35,392 bases of DNA from an uncultured Gemmatimonadaceae bacterium (GCA_964629425.1 CAZVSO010000005.1:1-35392); one strand, 5' to 3'. Shown: positions 26,183-35,340, counted from the stretch's first letter. The notes: generated by a model not told the origin, from the letters alone. Numbers and translations: made by a program.

Positions 26183-26698
26183 ATGGGCGCCATTATGACC
26201 ACAGCGCTCGCGGGCGTCATCGCCCGCGATCTCCGCGCCCTGCGGCGCGAGCTCGAGGCCTACCCGGACGAGCGCGATCTCTGGCGCGTGGTGCCGGGAA
26301 TCGCGAACTCGGGCGGGACGCTGGCGCTCCATCTCGCCGGCAACTTCAAGCACTTCGTCGGCGCCGTGCTCGGCGCGACGGGCTACGTCCGCGACCGCGG
26401 CGCCGAGTTCTCCCGCCGCGACGTGCCGCGGAGCGAGCTGCTGCGCGAGATCGACGAGGCGCTGGCCGCGGTGCAGCGCACGCTCGCGCAGCTCGGCGAC
26501 GACACGCTCGCGCCACCGTTCCCGCAAGCCGTCGGCGGCGTCACCGTGACCACGGGCGACTTCCTCCTCCATCTCGCGACGCACCTGACCTACCACCTCG
26601 GCCAGGTGGACTATCACCGGCGCATGGTCACGGGACAGGCGGGCCAGATTCGAGCGGTCGCGGTGGACGAGCTGGGTAGCTCCCCTCCGGTCTCTTAG
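26183..26698 (+). CDS. DinB-family (DinB_2/DUF1572-like) four-helix-bundle metal-binding protein
   Basis: ATG 26183 is preceded by AAGGGG (26171-26176). LALHLAGNFKHFVG ... FLLHLATHLTYHLGQV gives the conserved His triad spacing of the DinB superfamily. An upstream in-frame GTG at 26126 is possible but adds non-conserved residues. Confidence 0.8.
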   Translation: MGAIMTTALAGVIARDLRALRRELEAYPDERDLWRVVPGIANSGGTLALHLAGNFKHFVGAVLGATGYVRDRGAEFSRRDVPRSELLREIDEALAAVQRTLAQLGDDTLAPPFPQAVGGVTVTTGDFLLHLATHLTYHLGQVDYHRRMVTGQAGQIRAVAVDELGSSPPVS

Positions 26699-26702
26699 TA
26701 CC

Positions 26703-27131
26703 TCACCCCCTGTCCTCCTCGGGGTACCTCACCCCCTGTCCCCCTCTCCCTGTCGGGAGAGGAGGGACGATGAACCGGCGCAGCAGCTCCTCGAGTATGG
26801 CACGGGACAGCTCCCGATTCGCGAGCCGCATCACCCGATAGCCCCGCGCCTCGAGCCACTCCGTTCGCGCGGCGTCGTAATCGGCTTGCGCTGGATCCCG
26901 GTGCGGGGCTCCATCAAGCTCGATGACCAGCCGCAGCGCTGGGCAGTAGAAGTCCGCGAAGAACCTCTTGAGAGGGTGCTGCCGCTTGAATTTGAGACCG
27001 AGGATGCCGCGGTTGCGCAGGAGCGTCCAGGCATGCCGCTCGGCGGGGGTTGGTTCACGGCGCAGTGCTCTCGCACGGGCGAGCTTCGTCGCGTCCGGAT
27101 AGGGGCGCCGATCCAGCCGCTGGCGCTTCAT
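26703..27131 (-). CDS. DUF559 domain protein (Vsr/restriction-endonuclease-like fold)
   Basis: ATG at 27131. LARARALRREPTPAERHAWTLLRNRGILGLKFKRQHPLKRFFADFYCPALRLVIELDGAPH ... ARGYRVMRLANREL is the DUF559 core. The C-terminal tail VPPLPTGRGGQGVRYPEEDRG is encoded by the left inverted repeat, so the exact stop is not meaningful. Confidence 0.85.
   Translation of the reverse strand: MKRQRLDRRPYPDATKLARARALRREPTPAERHAWTLLRNRGILGLKFKRQHPLKRFFADFYCPALRLVIELDGAPHRDPAQADYDAARTEWLEARGYRVMRLANRELSRAILEELLRRFIVPPLPTGRGGQGVRYPEEDRG
26721..26762. repeat. Left terminal inverted repeat with internal 8-bp-stem hairpin
   Basis: GGGGTACCTCACCCCCTGTCCCCCTCTCCCTGTCGGGAGAGG. Hairpin: 26743-26750 pairs with 26755-26762. 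An extra partial direct copy, GTACCTCACCCCCTGTCC, lies at 26698-26715 (compare 26723-26740). Confidence 0.8.
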
Positions 27132-27235
27132 GGTCCCGAATGTGACCCGACGCCGTCTGAGCGCCGATATCAAACGCGCGCGCCGTGGGGCCTTAGAGCG
27201 CGCGCCGACGCGATCGGAGCCGGCCGATAGTTCCC

Positions 27236-27276
27236 CCTCTCCCGTCAGGGAGAGGGGGTCAGGGGGAGAGGTACCC
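27236..27276. repeat. Right terminal inverted repeat with internal 8-bp-stem hairpin
   Basis: CCTCTCCCGTCAGGGAGAGGGGGTCAGGGGGAGAGGTACCC. Hairpin: 27236-27243 pairs with 27248-27255. Its reverse complement differs from the left repeat at 3 positions. Confidence 0.8.
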
Positions 27277-27277
27277 G

Positions 27278-28339
27278 TCAAGGAGCGGGGGCCAGGTGCA
27301 GAGGTCGAGCCACCATCCCCACCGGCTCGCCCTGGGACATCGCCGGCGTGGCGATCACGTAGAGCACGACGCCCGCGAACGGCGCGCGGACTTCGGTCAG
27401 GGTGGCGCCGAAGAAATCCGTGACCACGCCGATCAGCGCGCCGGCCTGCACCAGGCGATCCGGCTCCACCTTGGGATACCAGATCCCCGTCGCCGGGCTG
27501 CGCAGCACCTCGGTGCGATCGAAGAACACGGCGTGCCGCACGACCTCGGGATCTCCCGCGAGCATCTTGAGATACCGCAGGAGCCGGAACGCCCCGCGCA
27601 CGTTGCGGTCGACCATCTCCTCGGCGGCGACGCCGAGCGTACCGGCCTCAGTGGTGATCGCCGGCTTGCCGCGCAGCTGCGCCGTGTTCTGCGTGTACAC
27701 GGATGCCCGCGGGTCGCGCGGCCGCGCGGTGTCGATCACCACGTAGTCGTTGCCCCAGGCGAGCGCCATCTCTCGCGCCAGCGAGTCCACTCGCGCGTCG
27801 AGGCCGAGCTTCCCCCAGTAGGCGTAGGGCCGCAGCGTCTCGTTGCCGTCGCCCGAGTGCATGTCCACCAGATAGTCCGCCCGATCGATGATCTCGCGGG
27901 TGATGACGTGGGCGATGCGCTCGGAGATAGTGCCGTCGGGCTTGCCGGGGTACATGCGGTTCAGGTTCTTGCCGTCCACCGGGCTGTAGTACACGGTGCG
28001 CTTGAGGAACGACGGCAGGTTGGCCACGTGGACCAGCAGCACCGTGCCGCGCAGCGCCGCGGGATCGAGGGCGGCGCGCACGCGTTGCAGCGCGATGATC
28101 GGCGCGACCTCGGCACCGTGCGTCCCCGCGACCAGCGCCAGTGTGGGCCCCGGGCGACTCCCGCGCACGACCGTGATCGGGATCCGCGTGCCCGTGTCGG
28201 CGCCCGCGGGCACCTCGAGGAAGCCGGACCGCGCTTCGCCCGCCGCCGCGGTCACCGGGCCGACCGTCAGGGACGGCTGCTGTGCCCGCACCGAGCCGGC
28301 CACGAGGATGGGGATCAGGGTCAAGCGGACTGCGCGCAT
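27278..28339 (-). CDS. Succinylglutamate desuccinylase/aspartoacylase (AstE/AspA) family, M14-like zinc hydrolase, secreted
   Basis: ATG 28339 is preceded by GGAGG. Signal peptide MRAVRLTLIPILVAGSVRAQ. Family motifs LALVAGTHGAEVAP, GKNLNRMYPGKPDGTISERIAH, DYLVDMHSGD. The upstream 114 codons in the ORF track are rejected. Confidence 0.85.
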   Translation of the reverse strand: MRAVRLTLIPILVAGSVRAQQPSLTVGPVTAAAGEARSGFLEVPAGADTGTRIPITVVRGSRPGPTLALVAGTHGAEVAPIIALQRVRAALDPAALRGTVLLVHVANLPSFLKRTVYYSPVDGKNLNRMYPGKPDGTISERIAHVITREIIDRADYLVDMHSGDGNETLRPYAYWGKLGLDARVDSLAREMALAWGNDYVVIDTARPRDPRASVYTQNTAQLRGKPAITTEAGTLGVAAEEMVDRNVRGAFRLLRYLKMLAGDPEVVRHAVFFDRTEVLRSPATGIWYPKVEPDRLVQAGALIGVVTDFFGATLTEVRAPFAGVVLYVIATPAMSQGEPVGMVARPLHLAPAP

Positions 28340-28574
28340 GATGCCTCCAACCGGGAAGGAGAAGACGAGGTCCTGGCCCTCGCGGACGGCGTAGGTCGGG
28401 ATGATGTGGGGGTGGCTGCGTCCAGCAGTCCGGCCTGGGTGATGGTCATCGTGACGAATATAGACACCGTGATTTCGGCGCACAGGCGGCGCGATCCCGA
28501 CTGCGATGTGCTTGACGTCGACCGGGACCGCCCGTATGTTCGCCGCCTTCGACTCTCCTCCCCCCGGAGGTATC

Positions 28575-29885
28575 ATGTTACGCCGCCTTGCACCGGGTCT
28601 CGCGTTCGTTGTGATCCTCGCTGCGCCCCTCGACTCGCAGTCGCTGCGCAGCAAGGTGGAAGACCTGTTTCGCTTCGGCACTGGATGCGGTCCCGACGTG
28701 CTGTTGTGCCTCTACGGCAACCTCCCAGGGGTGCACGGCGAGCACTTCAACACGGCGCTCGCGCAGGGCGAGGAGAGCCTGGTCGGGTTTCTCGCCAACG
28801 CGATCGGCACGAGCGTTTCCAACGTGCCCATCAGCGCGGCGAGCAGCAGCGTCACGTTCACCTTCGAGGGCGGCTTGCCCGTCAAGACATCGGTCTCGGC
28901 CGGCCCGATCTTCGCCGAGCGCGCCCAGACCCTGGGGCGCGGTCGCGTGCTCATCGGCGGCAACGCGACGAGCGTCAACTTCCAGAGCCTGCGGGGGGTC
29001 CCCCTCACCTCGATCGTCTTCGACTTCACCCATCAGGATACCCCCCCGACGCCGTTGCTGGGGCAACCGGAGTTCGAGAACGACATTTTCGAAGTGCGTC
29101 CCACGCTCGACGTGAACGTGTTGGTCGCGTCGGTCTTCCTCACCTACGGACTCCTGGACCGGGTGGATGTCGGCGTGGCCGTGCCGCTCGTCAACACGTC
29201 CTTGACCGGGCGCAGCCTGGCCTCCCTTCGACTGTTCGGCGTCAGCGATTCGTCGCCTCACTACTTCGGGGACTCCGCCAACGCTCCTGTGTCAGAGCGG
29301 CAGCAGGAGGCGACGTCGTCCGTCGAGGGATCCGCCACCGGCATCGGCGACATCGCGGCTCGTGTGAAGGTCAACCTCAAGCAGTCCGAGCGCACCGGCT
29401 TCGCCCTGCTGGTGGACGCACGGTTCCCGACGGGCAATGAGGATGATTTCCTCGGCGCCGGCGACTTTGCGCTGCGCGGCCTCGGCATCGTCTCCGCGCG
29501 CTGGGGCGATTTCTCACCCCACGGCAACCTGGGCTATCACTTCCGCAGCGGAGATCTGCAGACCGATGCCGTGTTGGCCACCGCGGGGTTCGACCAGCTC
29601 GTCGCCCCGTGGGCCACGCTGGCCGTTGACCTGATCACGTCTTGGGAGGTAGGGGAGAGCAAGGTAAAGTTGCCGGGCCCCACCACGATCGATACCCCGT
29701 TCGTTCGCCAGGTTCAGACGTCCAACATCCCGGACCGCAGGGACCACATCATTGACGCGTCGCTGGGCGCCAAGTTCACGAGCGGCCGCAACTTCACGTT
29801 CGTCGCCAACACGATCTTCCCGATTCGGAAGAGCGGCATGCAGGCCGACGTGATCTTCACAGCGGGCCTGGAGTACAACTTCTAG
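28575..29885 (+). CDS. Outer-membrane beta-barrel, MetA-pathway/transporter-like family (tentative)
   Basis: ATG 28575 is preceded by GGAGG (28566-28570). Signal peptide MLRRLAPGLAFVVILAAPLDSQS; GIGDIAARVKVNL motif; C-terminal ...FTAGLEYNF with a terminal Phe. Confidence 0.65.
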   Translation: MLRRLAPGLAFVVILAAPLDSQSLRSKVEDLFRFGTGCGPDVLLCLYGNLPGVHGEHFNTALAQGEESLVGFLANAIGTSVSNVPISAASSSVTFTFEGGLPVKTSVSAGPIFAERAQTLGRGRVLIGGNATSVNFQSLRGVPLTSIVFDFTHQDTPPTPLLGQPEFENDIFEVRPTLDVNVLVASVFLTYGLLDRVDVGVAVPLVNTSLTGRSLASLRLFGVSDSSPHYFGDSANAPVSERQQEATSSVEGSATGIGDIAARVKVNLKQSERTGFALLVDARFPTGNEDDFLGAGDFALRGLGIVSARWGDFSPHGNLGYHFRSGDLQTDAVLATAGFDQLVAPWATLAVDLITSWEVGESKVKLPGPTTIDTPFVRQVQTSNIPDRRDHIIDASLGAKFTSGRNFTFVANTIFPIRKSGMQADVIFTAGLEYNF

Positions 29886-29898
29886 CGGGACGGCGGCT

Positions 29899-32800
29899 TC
29901 AGCGCGGTTGGGTGACGAGGGAGCCGAGCCGCCAGCTCGAGGCCTCGCGGGTGAGCGTCGCGCGGTAGGTGACATCCTGAACCGCCCGCCCCCCGCTCGG
30001 AGTCCGGAAGGACAGCGCGAGCGCGAACGCCACTTCGGCCGCGTTTCCGCTGATCGTCGGCGCGGTCGTGCGGCTGATCTTCGCAGTCAGTTGGGTGACG
30101 TCGCGCGACTCGAGCAGTTCTCGCCACTGTTGGTCCTGCTGCGCCGTCATGCCCGGATAGACCCGCCGGACCTCGGCGATCCGTCGCGACTCGAGCGCGC
30201 GCGCGAACTCGGCGAGCGCGGCGTTGATCCCGGCCTCCGCCGCCGCGCGGTCGGCGCGCGTATCGGCCGGCGCGGCGGGAGGCGGCGTGATGGTCACGTC
30301 GGCCGTCCCGGTTCGCTCTTCGCTCGTCGCGCTGATCGACGCCGTTCCCCCGGCCACCGCGGTCACGACGCCCTCGGCCGAAACCGTGGCCACGGCCGGG
30401 TTACTCGACGTCCAGCGGATGGCGCGTCCCGACAGCACCGCCCCGGCGGCGTCCCGCAGGCTCGCGGAGAGCTGCAGCGTTTCGCCTCGCTGGAGCGAGC
30501 GCGAGGCGGGGGTGATCACCACGGCGGCCACCGGGGCGGGCGTGGCCGGCGGCGGCGGCGGCGGGGGCGTCACAGTGACCGTCGCGACGGCCCGCGTTCC
30601 CTCGCTCGTGGCCGTGATGCGCGCCGAGCCTGGGGCCACCCCCGTCACCAGTCCTCCCACCGAGACCGTCGCAGCGCGCGGATGGCTCGAGGTCCAGCTG
30701 ACTGACCGGCCCGGGAGCGCCCGACCGCCGCGGTCTCTCGCCGTCGCGTTGAGCTGAAGCGTCCCTCCGGCCGGGACACGGCCATCGGTGGGTCCGAGGG
30801 TGAGCGATGCGACTCGGGCGCCCGCCGGGGCCGCTGCGGGAGCCGGCGCCCGGGCCGCCACCACGGTCAGCGTTACGCGGGTGCTGCGGGTCTCGCTCGT
30901 CGCCGTGATCACCGCCGAGCCCGCGTCCCCGGCCGTGACCAGGCCCGCGGCCGAGACGCTCGCAACAGCGGGAGCGCTCGAGGTCCACGAGACGGCGCGG
31001 TCGCCGAGCGTCCGGCCACTGGCGTCCCGCAGGGTCGCCGTGAGCTGAAGCGTGCCGCCGGCCTCCAGCGTCTGCGCCGCCGGCGTAACGGTGAGCGCCG
31101 CGACGGGCCTCGGGGTCGTGGGCGCTGGAGGCTCGGTTGCCGCTGTCGGAGCGTCGCGCGTGCGCCACGGACCGAGCAGCCACACGCCGGCTGCGACGAT
31201 CACGACGGCAACGGCCACGCCAAGAGTGGACGACCGCCAGGTGGGCCGCGCCCGCGGTCGCGCAGGCACCGGCGGTGCGGCTGCCGTCCGCTCCGCGGCC
31301 GTCTCTGCGGTCGACGCCGCGGTGACGAGCACTGTCGCGCTCGCGCTCCGCCCCTCGCTCGTAGCGCTGATCTTCACCGCGCCCGGTGCCACCGCGGTCA
31401 CGAGCCCTCCCGCCGACACCGCCGTCACCGTTGCGTCGCTGGACTTCCACGCCACCAACCGGCCGGCAAGCACGCTGCCGTGCGCATCCATGGTGGTCGC
31501 GCGGAGCTGCGCCGTGTCTCCGACGGGGAGACGCACCTCGGCCGGCGTGACGCGAACCTCCGCCACCGGCACCGGCGTCACGGTGACCTCGGCGGAGCCG
31601 CGCTGGCCCTCGCATGAGGCGGTGACCGCCGTCGTGCCCACGGCCCGGGCAGTCACGAGACCGTCCTTGGACACGCTCGCGACCGTCGAGCTGGCTGACT
31701 GCCACGTGACCGGGCGCCCCGCCAGGGCGTTGCCGCGCCCGTCGCGCGGGGTCGCCGTGAGTCGCACCGTCTCGCCCGCCGAGACCGACGGGGCCGGCGG
31801 CGTCACGGCGACCGAGGCGACGGCGGCGGGCGTCACTGTCACCGCGGCGGTGCCGCTCACGCCTTCGCTTGTGGCCGTGATCATCGCTGAACCCGCTCCC
31901 AACGCGGTGACGAGGCCGCGCGCGGAGACCGTGACGACGAGCGGGGCGCTCGACGCCCACGCCACCGGGCGGTCGGTCAGCGTCTCGCCCTTGGCGCCGC
32001 TGAGCGCCGCGGCGAGCTGCAGTGTGGCGCCCGCCTCCAGCCGGCTTGCGGCGGGCGACACGGCGATCGCCACCACCGCGGCCGAGGGCCGTTTGGCCGG
32101 CGGGATCGGGCTGGTCGGTGTTTGATGCTGCAGGGCCGGGATGCTCATGCGCGACCGGGCCAGCTCGATCATCCCCGTGCGAACGGGATCGTCGTGCGCC
32201 AGGGCGTGGCCGCCGACGCCGGCGATCGCGTCCTCGATGTGCGGCCACCGCTTCTCGGGCGCCTTCTCGAGCATGCGCATGACCGCGGCCTCGAGGGCCG
32301 GCGGACACTCGGTACGCAGCTCACGGATCGGCCGAGGCTGCTCGTTGAATTGCGCGTACATGAGCGCCATGACCGAGTCGCCGCTGAACGGCGGCCTCCC
32401 GGTCAACATCTCGTAGGTCACCACGGCGAGCGAGTACTGGTCCGACCCCCCGGTCACCGGCTTCGCCGAGCACTGCTCGGGACTCATGTAGGCCGGTGTC
32501 CCCACCGTCACGCCCGTGACGGTCAGGCCCTGCGCCTCGGTGATCTTGGCGATGCCGAAGTCGGTGACGACCGCCCAGCCTTCGTCGTCGAGCATGATGT
32601 TGGCGGGCTTGACGTCCCGATGGACGATGCCGCGCCGGTGCGCGTAGCCCAGCGCCCCGCCGACCTGGGCGAAGATCGCCTGCACCATCGGGATGGGGAG
32701 CGGCCCGACCTCACGGATGATGGAATCGAGCGGCCGCCCCTGCACGAACTTCATCACGAAGTACAGGATCTGCTCGCTGACCTTCACGGCGAAGATCGGA

Positions 32801-33189
32801 ATGATATGCGGGTGGCTCAGCGCCGCCGCGGTGCGCGCCTCACGCTTGAAGCGCTCGACCATCCCCTCGCCTTCGAGCAGGGTGGGGGAGATGACCTTGA
32901 TGGCCACCTTGCGGTCGAGGGCGATGTCGTGGGCCAGGTACACCGTGGCCATCCCGCCGCGGCCGAGCTCACCCAGGATCTCGTAGTCGCCGAGCGTCGC
33001 TGCGCGCAGCACCTCGAGCAGGGCGGCCTGCCCTCGTCCGGGGCGTGACGCCTCGACGCCGGGGATGAACGCCGTGGCGACATCGCTTTGCGGGCCCGAG
33101 ACGTCGGCCCCGCAGCTGGGACAATACCGGGAGCCGGGAGTGACCCCGGCGCCGCAGCGGCCACACGCCGGTGTGCCGATAGCTGACAT
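29899..33189 (-). CDS. Multidomain Hanks Ser/Thr kinase: N-terminal Zn-ribbon, kinase, 3x Big_2 Ig-like, single TM, 3x Big_2, C-terminal ~120-aa domain of unknown family
   Basis: ATG 33189. CGRCGAGVTPGSRYCPSCG; GRGGMATVYLA, VAIKVI, HRDVKPANIML, DFGIAK, GTPAYMSPEQ. Six ~85-aa repeats of the pattern V.V.P....L..G.T.QL.A...D..G..L..R.V.W.SS...VA.VS..GLVTA...G...ITATSEG....V.VTV. TM STLGVAVAVVIVAAGVWLLGPW at about aa 653-675. Confidence 0.9.
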   Translation of the reverse strand: MSAIGTPACGRCGAGVTPGSRYCPSCGADVSGPQSDVATAFIPGVEASRPGRGQAALLEVLRAATLGDYEILGELGRGGMATVYLAHDIALDRKVAIKVISPTLLEGEGMVERFKREARTAAALSHPHIIPIFAVKVSEQILYFVMKFVQGRPLDSIIREVGPLPIPMVQAIFAQVGGALGYAHRRGIVHRDVKPANIMLDDEGWAVVTDFGIAKITEAQGLTVTGVTVGTPAYMSPEQCSAKPVTGGSDQYSLAVVTYEMLTGRPPFSGDSVMALMYAQFNEQPRPIRELRTECPPALEAAVMRMLEKAPEKRWPHIEDAIAGVGGHALAHDDPVRTGMIELARSRMSIPALQHQTPTSPIPPAKRPSAAVVAIAVSPAASRLEAGATLQLAAALSGAKGETLTDRPVAWASSAPLVVTVSARGLVTALGAGSAMITATSEGVSGTAAVTVTPAAVASVAVTPPAPSVSAGETVRLTATPRDGRGNALAGRPVTWQSASSTVASVSKDGLVTARAVGTTAVTASCEGQRGSAEVTVTPVPVAEVRVTPAEVRLPVGDTAQLRATTMDAHGSVLAGRLVAWKSSDATVTAVSAGGLVTAVAPGAVKISATSEGRSASATVLVTAASTAETAAERTAAAPPVPARPRARPTWRSSTLGVAVAVVIVAAGVWLLGPWRTRDAPTAATEPPAPTTPRPVAALTVTPAAQTLEAGGTLQLTATLRDASGRTLGDRAVSWTSSAPAVASVSAAGLVTAGDAGSAVITATSETRSTRVTLTVVAARAPAPAAAPAGARVASLTLGPTDGRVPAGGTLQLNATARDRGGRALPGRSVSWTSSHPRAATVSVGGLVTGVAPGSARITATSEGTRAVATVTVTPPPPPPPATPAPVAAVVITPASRSLQRGETLQLSASLRDAAGAVLSGRAIRWTSSNPAVATVSAEGVVTAVAGGTASISATSEERTGTADVTITPPPAAPADTRADRAAAEAGINAALAEFARALESRRIAEVRRVYPGMTAQQDQQWRELLESRDVTQLTAKISRTTAPTISGNAAEVAFALALSFRTPSGGRAVQDVTYRATLTREASSWRLGSLVTQPR

Positions 33190-33298
33190 CGGCTGCAATA
33201 TACAGCTCCGGGGCCCGGTGCGGGCGGCATCCGCCGCCGCTGGCGACGGGGTTGGCGCGCCCCTAGCTTCGGAACTCACGCTCACTCCGGCGGCCCTC

Positions 33299-34225
33299 GT
33301 GACCGAATGGCTCCAGCAGAACGTCGGCTTACGCCCCGACATCCAAACGCGGCTCTTCGCCACACTGCTCGCCGTTGCGGCGCTGTGGCTGCTGCGCTAC
33401 TTCGCGCTGACCCTGGTCTACCGCAATGTCACCGACCCGTGGGCCCGCTACCGCTGGCGCAAGGTTACGATGTACGTGACGGTGATCACCGGGATCCTGG
33501 TGGTCGGCCGCCTGTGGATCGCCGGGCTCGGCTCGCTCGCGACGTTCCTCGGCCTCGTCTCGGCGGGCCTCGCCATCGCGCTGAAGGATGTCGTGGCGAA
33601 CCTGGCGGGGTGGGTGTTCATCATGTGGCGGCGGCCGTTCGAGGTAGGCAACCGGATCCAGGTCGGCACCCACAAGGGCGACGTGATCGATCTCCAGCTG
33701 CTGCAATTCACCTTGCTGGAGATCGGGGGCTGGGTGGACGCCGACCAGAGCACCGGCCGCCTCATCCACATCCCGAATGGCAGGGTGCTCGTCGAGCCGC
33801 TCGCCAACTACAACCGGGGCTTCCCCTACATCTGGCACGAGGTGCCGGTCCTGATCACGTTCGAGAGCGACTGGAAGAAGGCCAAGACCGTTCTCGAGGC
33901 GATCGCGACGCGGCACGCCGAGCACCTCACGCCGGAGGCGGAGCGCGACCTCGTGGCCGCCTCGCGGCAGTACCTGATCTACTTCAAGAAGCTCACGCCC
34001 ATCGTGTACACCAAGGTCGTGGACGACGGCGTGCGCCTCACGATCCGTTACCTCATCGACCCGCGCTCCCGGCGAGGCAGTGAGCAGGCGATCTGGCAGG
34101 ACGTGCTGGACGAGTTTCGCGCGGCGCCGGACATCGACCTCGCCTACCCGACGCGCCGGGCGATCGACTACACGCGCGAGGGCAAGCAGGGACTGCGAAG
34201 GTCGAGTCGCGCCTCAACCGACTGA
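33299..34225 (+). CDS. Small-conductance mechanosensitive channel (MscS family)
   Basis: TM helices are followed by the MscS signature GLVSAGLAIALKDVVANLAGWVFIMWRRPFEVGNRIQVGTHKGDVIDLQLLQFTL ... IHIPNG. GTG 33299 is the first in-frame start that does not overlap the divergent kinase gene; the exact start is uncertain. Confidence 0.8.
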   Translation: MTEWLQQNVGLRPDIQTRLFATLLAVAALWLLRYFALTLVYRNVTDPWARYRWRKVTMYVTVITGILVVGRLWIAGLGSLATFLGLVSAGLAIALKDVVANLAGWVFIMWRRPFEVGNRIQVGTHKGDVIDLQLLQFTLLEIGGWVDADQSTGRLIHIPNGRVLVEPLANYNRGFPYIWHEVPVLITFESDWKKAKTVLEAIATRHAEHLTPEAERDLVAASRQYLIYFKKLTPIVYTKVVDDGVRLTIRYLIDPRSRRGSEQAIWQDVLDEFRAAPDIDLAYPTRRAIDYTREGKQGLRRSSRASTD

Positions 34226-35188
34226 GCGGCGCTCCGTGGCGCCGGCGGGCCGCGGCACGACTGGCGTTGGGTCGCCCGCGCCCACGGGCGGTTTCACCCC
34301 ACCCACTCGGTGGGCCAGCTGGATCCAGGCGACCGCCCCGAGAATCAGTGTCATGGCCGCGAAGGTCCGTCCCGTCACCTCCTCGTCCAGCAGCAGCCAG
34401 CCGAGCAGCACGGCGATGACCGGGTTCACGTACGCGTAGGTCCCCACGATCGTCGGTGGGGCGTGCCGCAGCGCATAGGCGTAGGCGGTGTAGCCGACGA
34501 TGGAGCCGAAGACCACGAGATACGCGAGTGCCGCGAGCCCGCGGCCTGAAAACCGCCAGGCCGTCGCCTCCCCCAGCCCCAGGCCAAGAAGGGAAACGAC
34601 CAGGCCCCCGGCGAGCATTTGTATCGACGCCGCGACATAGGGGCTCGTGTCGGTCGGATGCCGCTTGAAGTACACGGAGCCGAACGCCCAGGACGCGCTC
34701 GCCGCGGTCAGTGCTATGGGGCCGCGCAAATCGGCGCGCAGCAGCTCGGCGGGACTCGTGCCCACCAGCAGCGTGGTGCCGGCGAAGCCGAGCACGAGCC
34801 CGATCACCACGCGCCGGCTCAGGTCACCCGCGCCGCCGGGCACGACGGTGTCGAAGAACGCCATCCACAACGCCACGGTGACCACGAAGATGCTGGCCAA
34901 GCCGGACGCGATGTACTGCTCGGCCCACACGACCAGCGCGTTGCCGCCCGCCAGCAGGAACAGCCCCACAATGGCCTGGGTGCGCCAGTCTCCTGGGCGG
35001 CGCGGCAGGCGGTCGCCCGCCGCCGTGGCGATGCCGAGCAGCAACACACCGGCGATGAGGAAGCGCACGCCCGCGAATAGGAACGGCGGAAGCTCCAGGA
35101 CCCCGACTCGGATCGCGAGGTAGGTCGAGCCCCAGAACACGCAGACGAGCAGATACGCTACGAGGGCCTTGCCTCGCAGGGCGGCCAT
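34214..35188 (-). CDS. EamA/DMT-superfamily transporter (10 TM)
   Basis: Two EamA-like halves: VCVFWGSTYLAIRVGV..PPFLFAGVRFLIAG and AASASWAFGSVYFKR ... YAYVNPVIAVLLGWLLLDE. ATG 35188 has GGAGG 10 nt upstream; the TTG at 35197 from the ORF track is too close to it. The 3' end overlaps the MscS 3' end by 12 nt (convergent). Confidence 0.9.
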   Translation of the reverse strand: MAALRGKALVAYLLVCVFWGSTYLAIRVGVLELPPFLFAGVRFLIAGVLLLGIATAAGDRLPRRPGDWRTQAIVGLFLLAGGNALVVWAEQYIASGLASIFVVTVALWMAFFDTVVPGGAGDLSRRVVIGLVLGFAGTTLLVGTSPAELLRADLRGPIALTAASASWAFGSVYFKRHPTDTSPYVAASIQMLAGGLVVSLLGLGLGEATAWRFSGRGLAALAYLVVFGSIVGYTAYAYALRHAPPTIVGTYAYVNPVIAVLLGWLLLDEEVTGRTFAAMTLILGAVAWIQLAHRVGGVKPPVGAGDPTPVVPRPAGATERRSVG

Positions 35189-35340
35189 AGTCGGCAAACC
35201 TCCTGCAGCACGAACACCGCGACTTGCTGGGCCGGGGAAACGGCTGGCGAACTATGCTCCACGGGTAACGCCGCAAGAGGCTAACCGGTTGCCGGCCCGG
35301 CGCCCATCCCATTCTGGCCCTCGAACACCGACACTGTCCT

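Larger units (their letters stand above)
26721..27276. mobile_element. DUF559 endonuclease gene bounded by 41-nt terminal inverted repeats (candidate compact selfish/mobile cassette)
   Basis: Left end 26722-26762 and the reverse complement of right end 27236-27276 match at 38/41 positions. Each arm contains the hairpin CCTCTCCC-N4-GGGAGAGG. The unit fills the whole gap between the DinB stop (26698) and the AstE-like stop (27278). Confidence 0.5.

Noticed and set aside
30288-32082. About 255-nt periodic DNA repeats on the minus strand as an independent repeat or mobile feature
   Set aside because: The periodicity is fully explained by the six in-frame Big_2 domain-coding repeats of the kinase gene.
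30401-32308. 635-aa minus-strand ORF in an alternative frame of the Big_2 kinase gene
   Set aside because: Arg/Gly/Asp-rich low-complexity translation in the same region as a frame with clear kinase and Ig-like repeats. This is a high-GC artefact.
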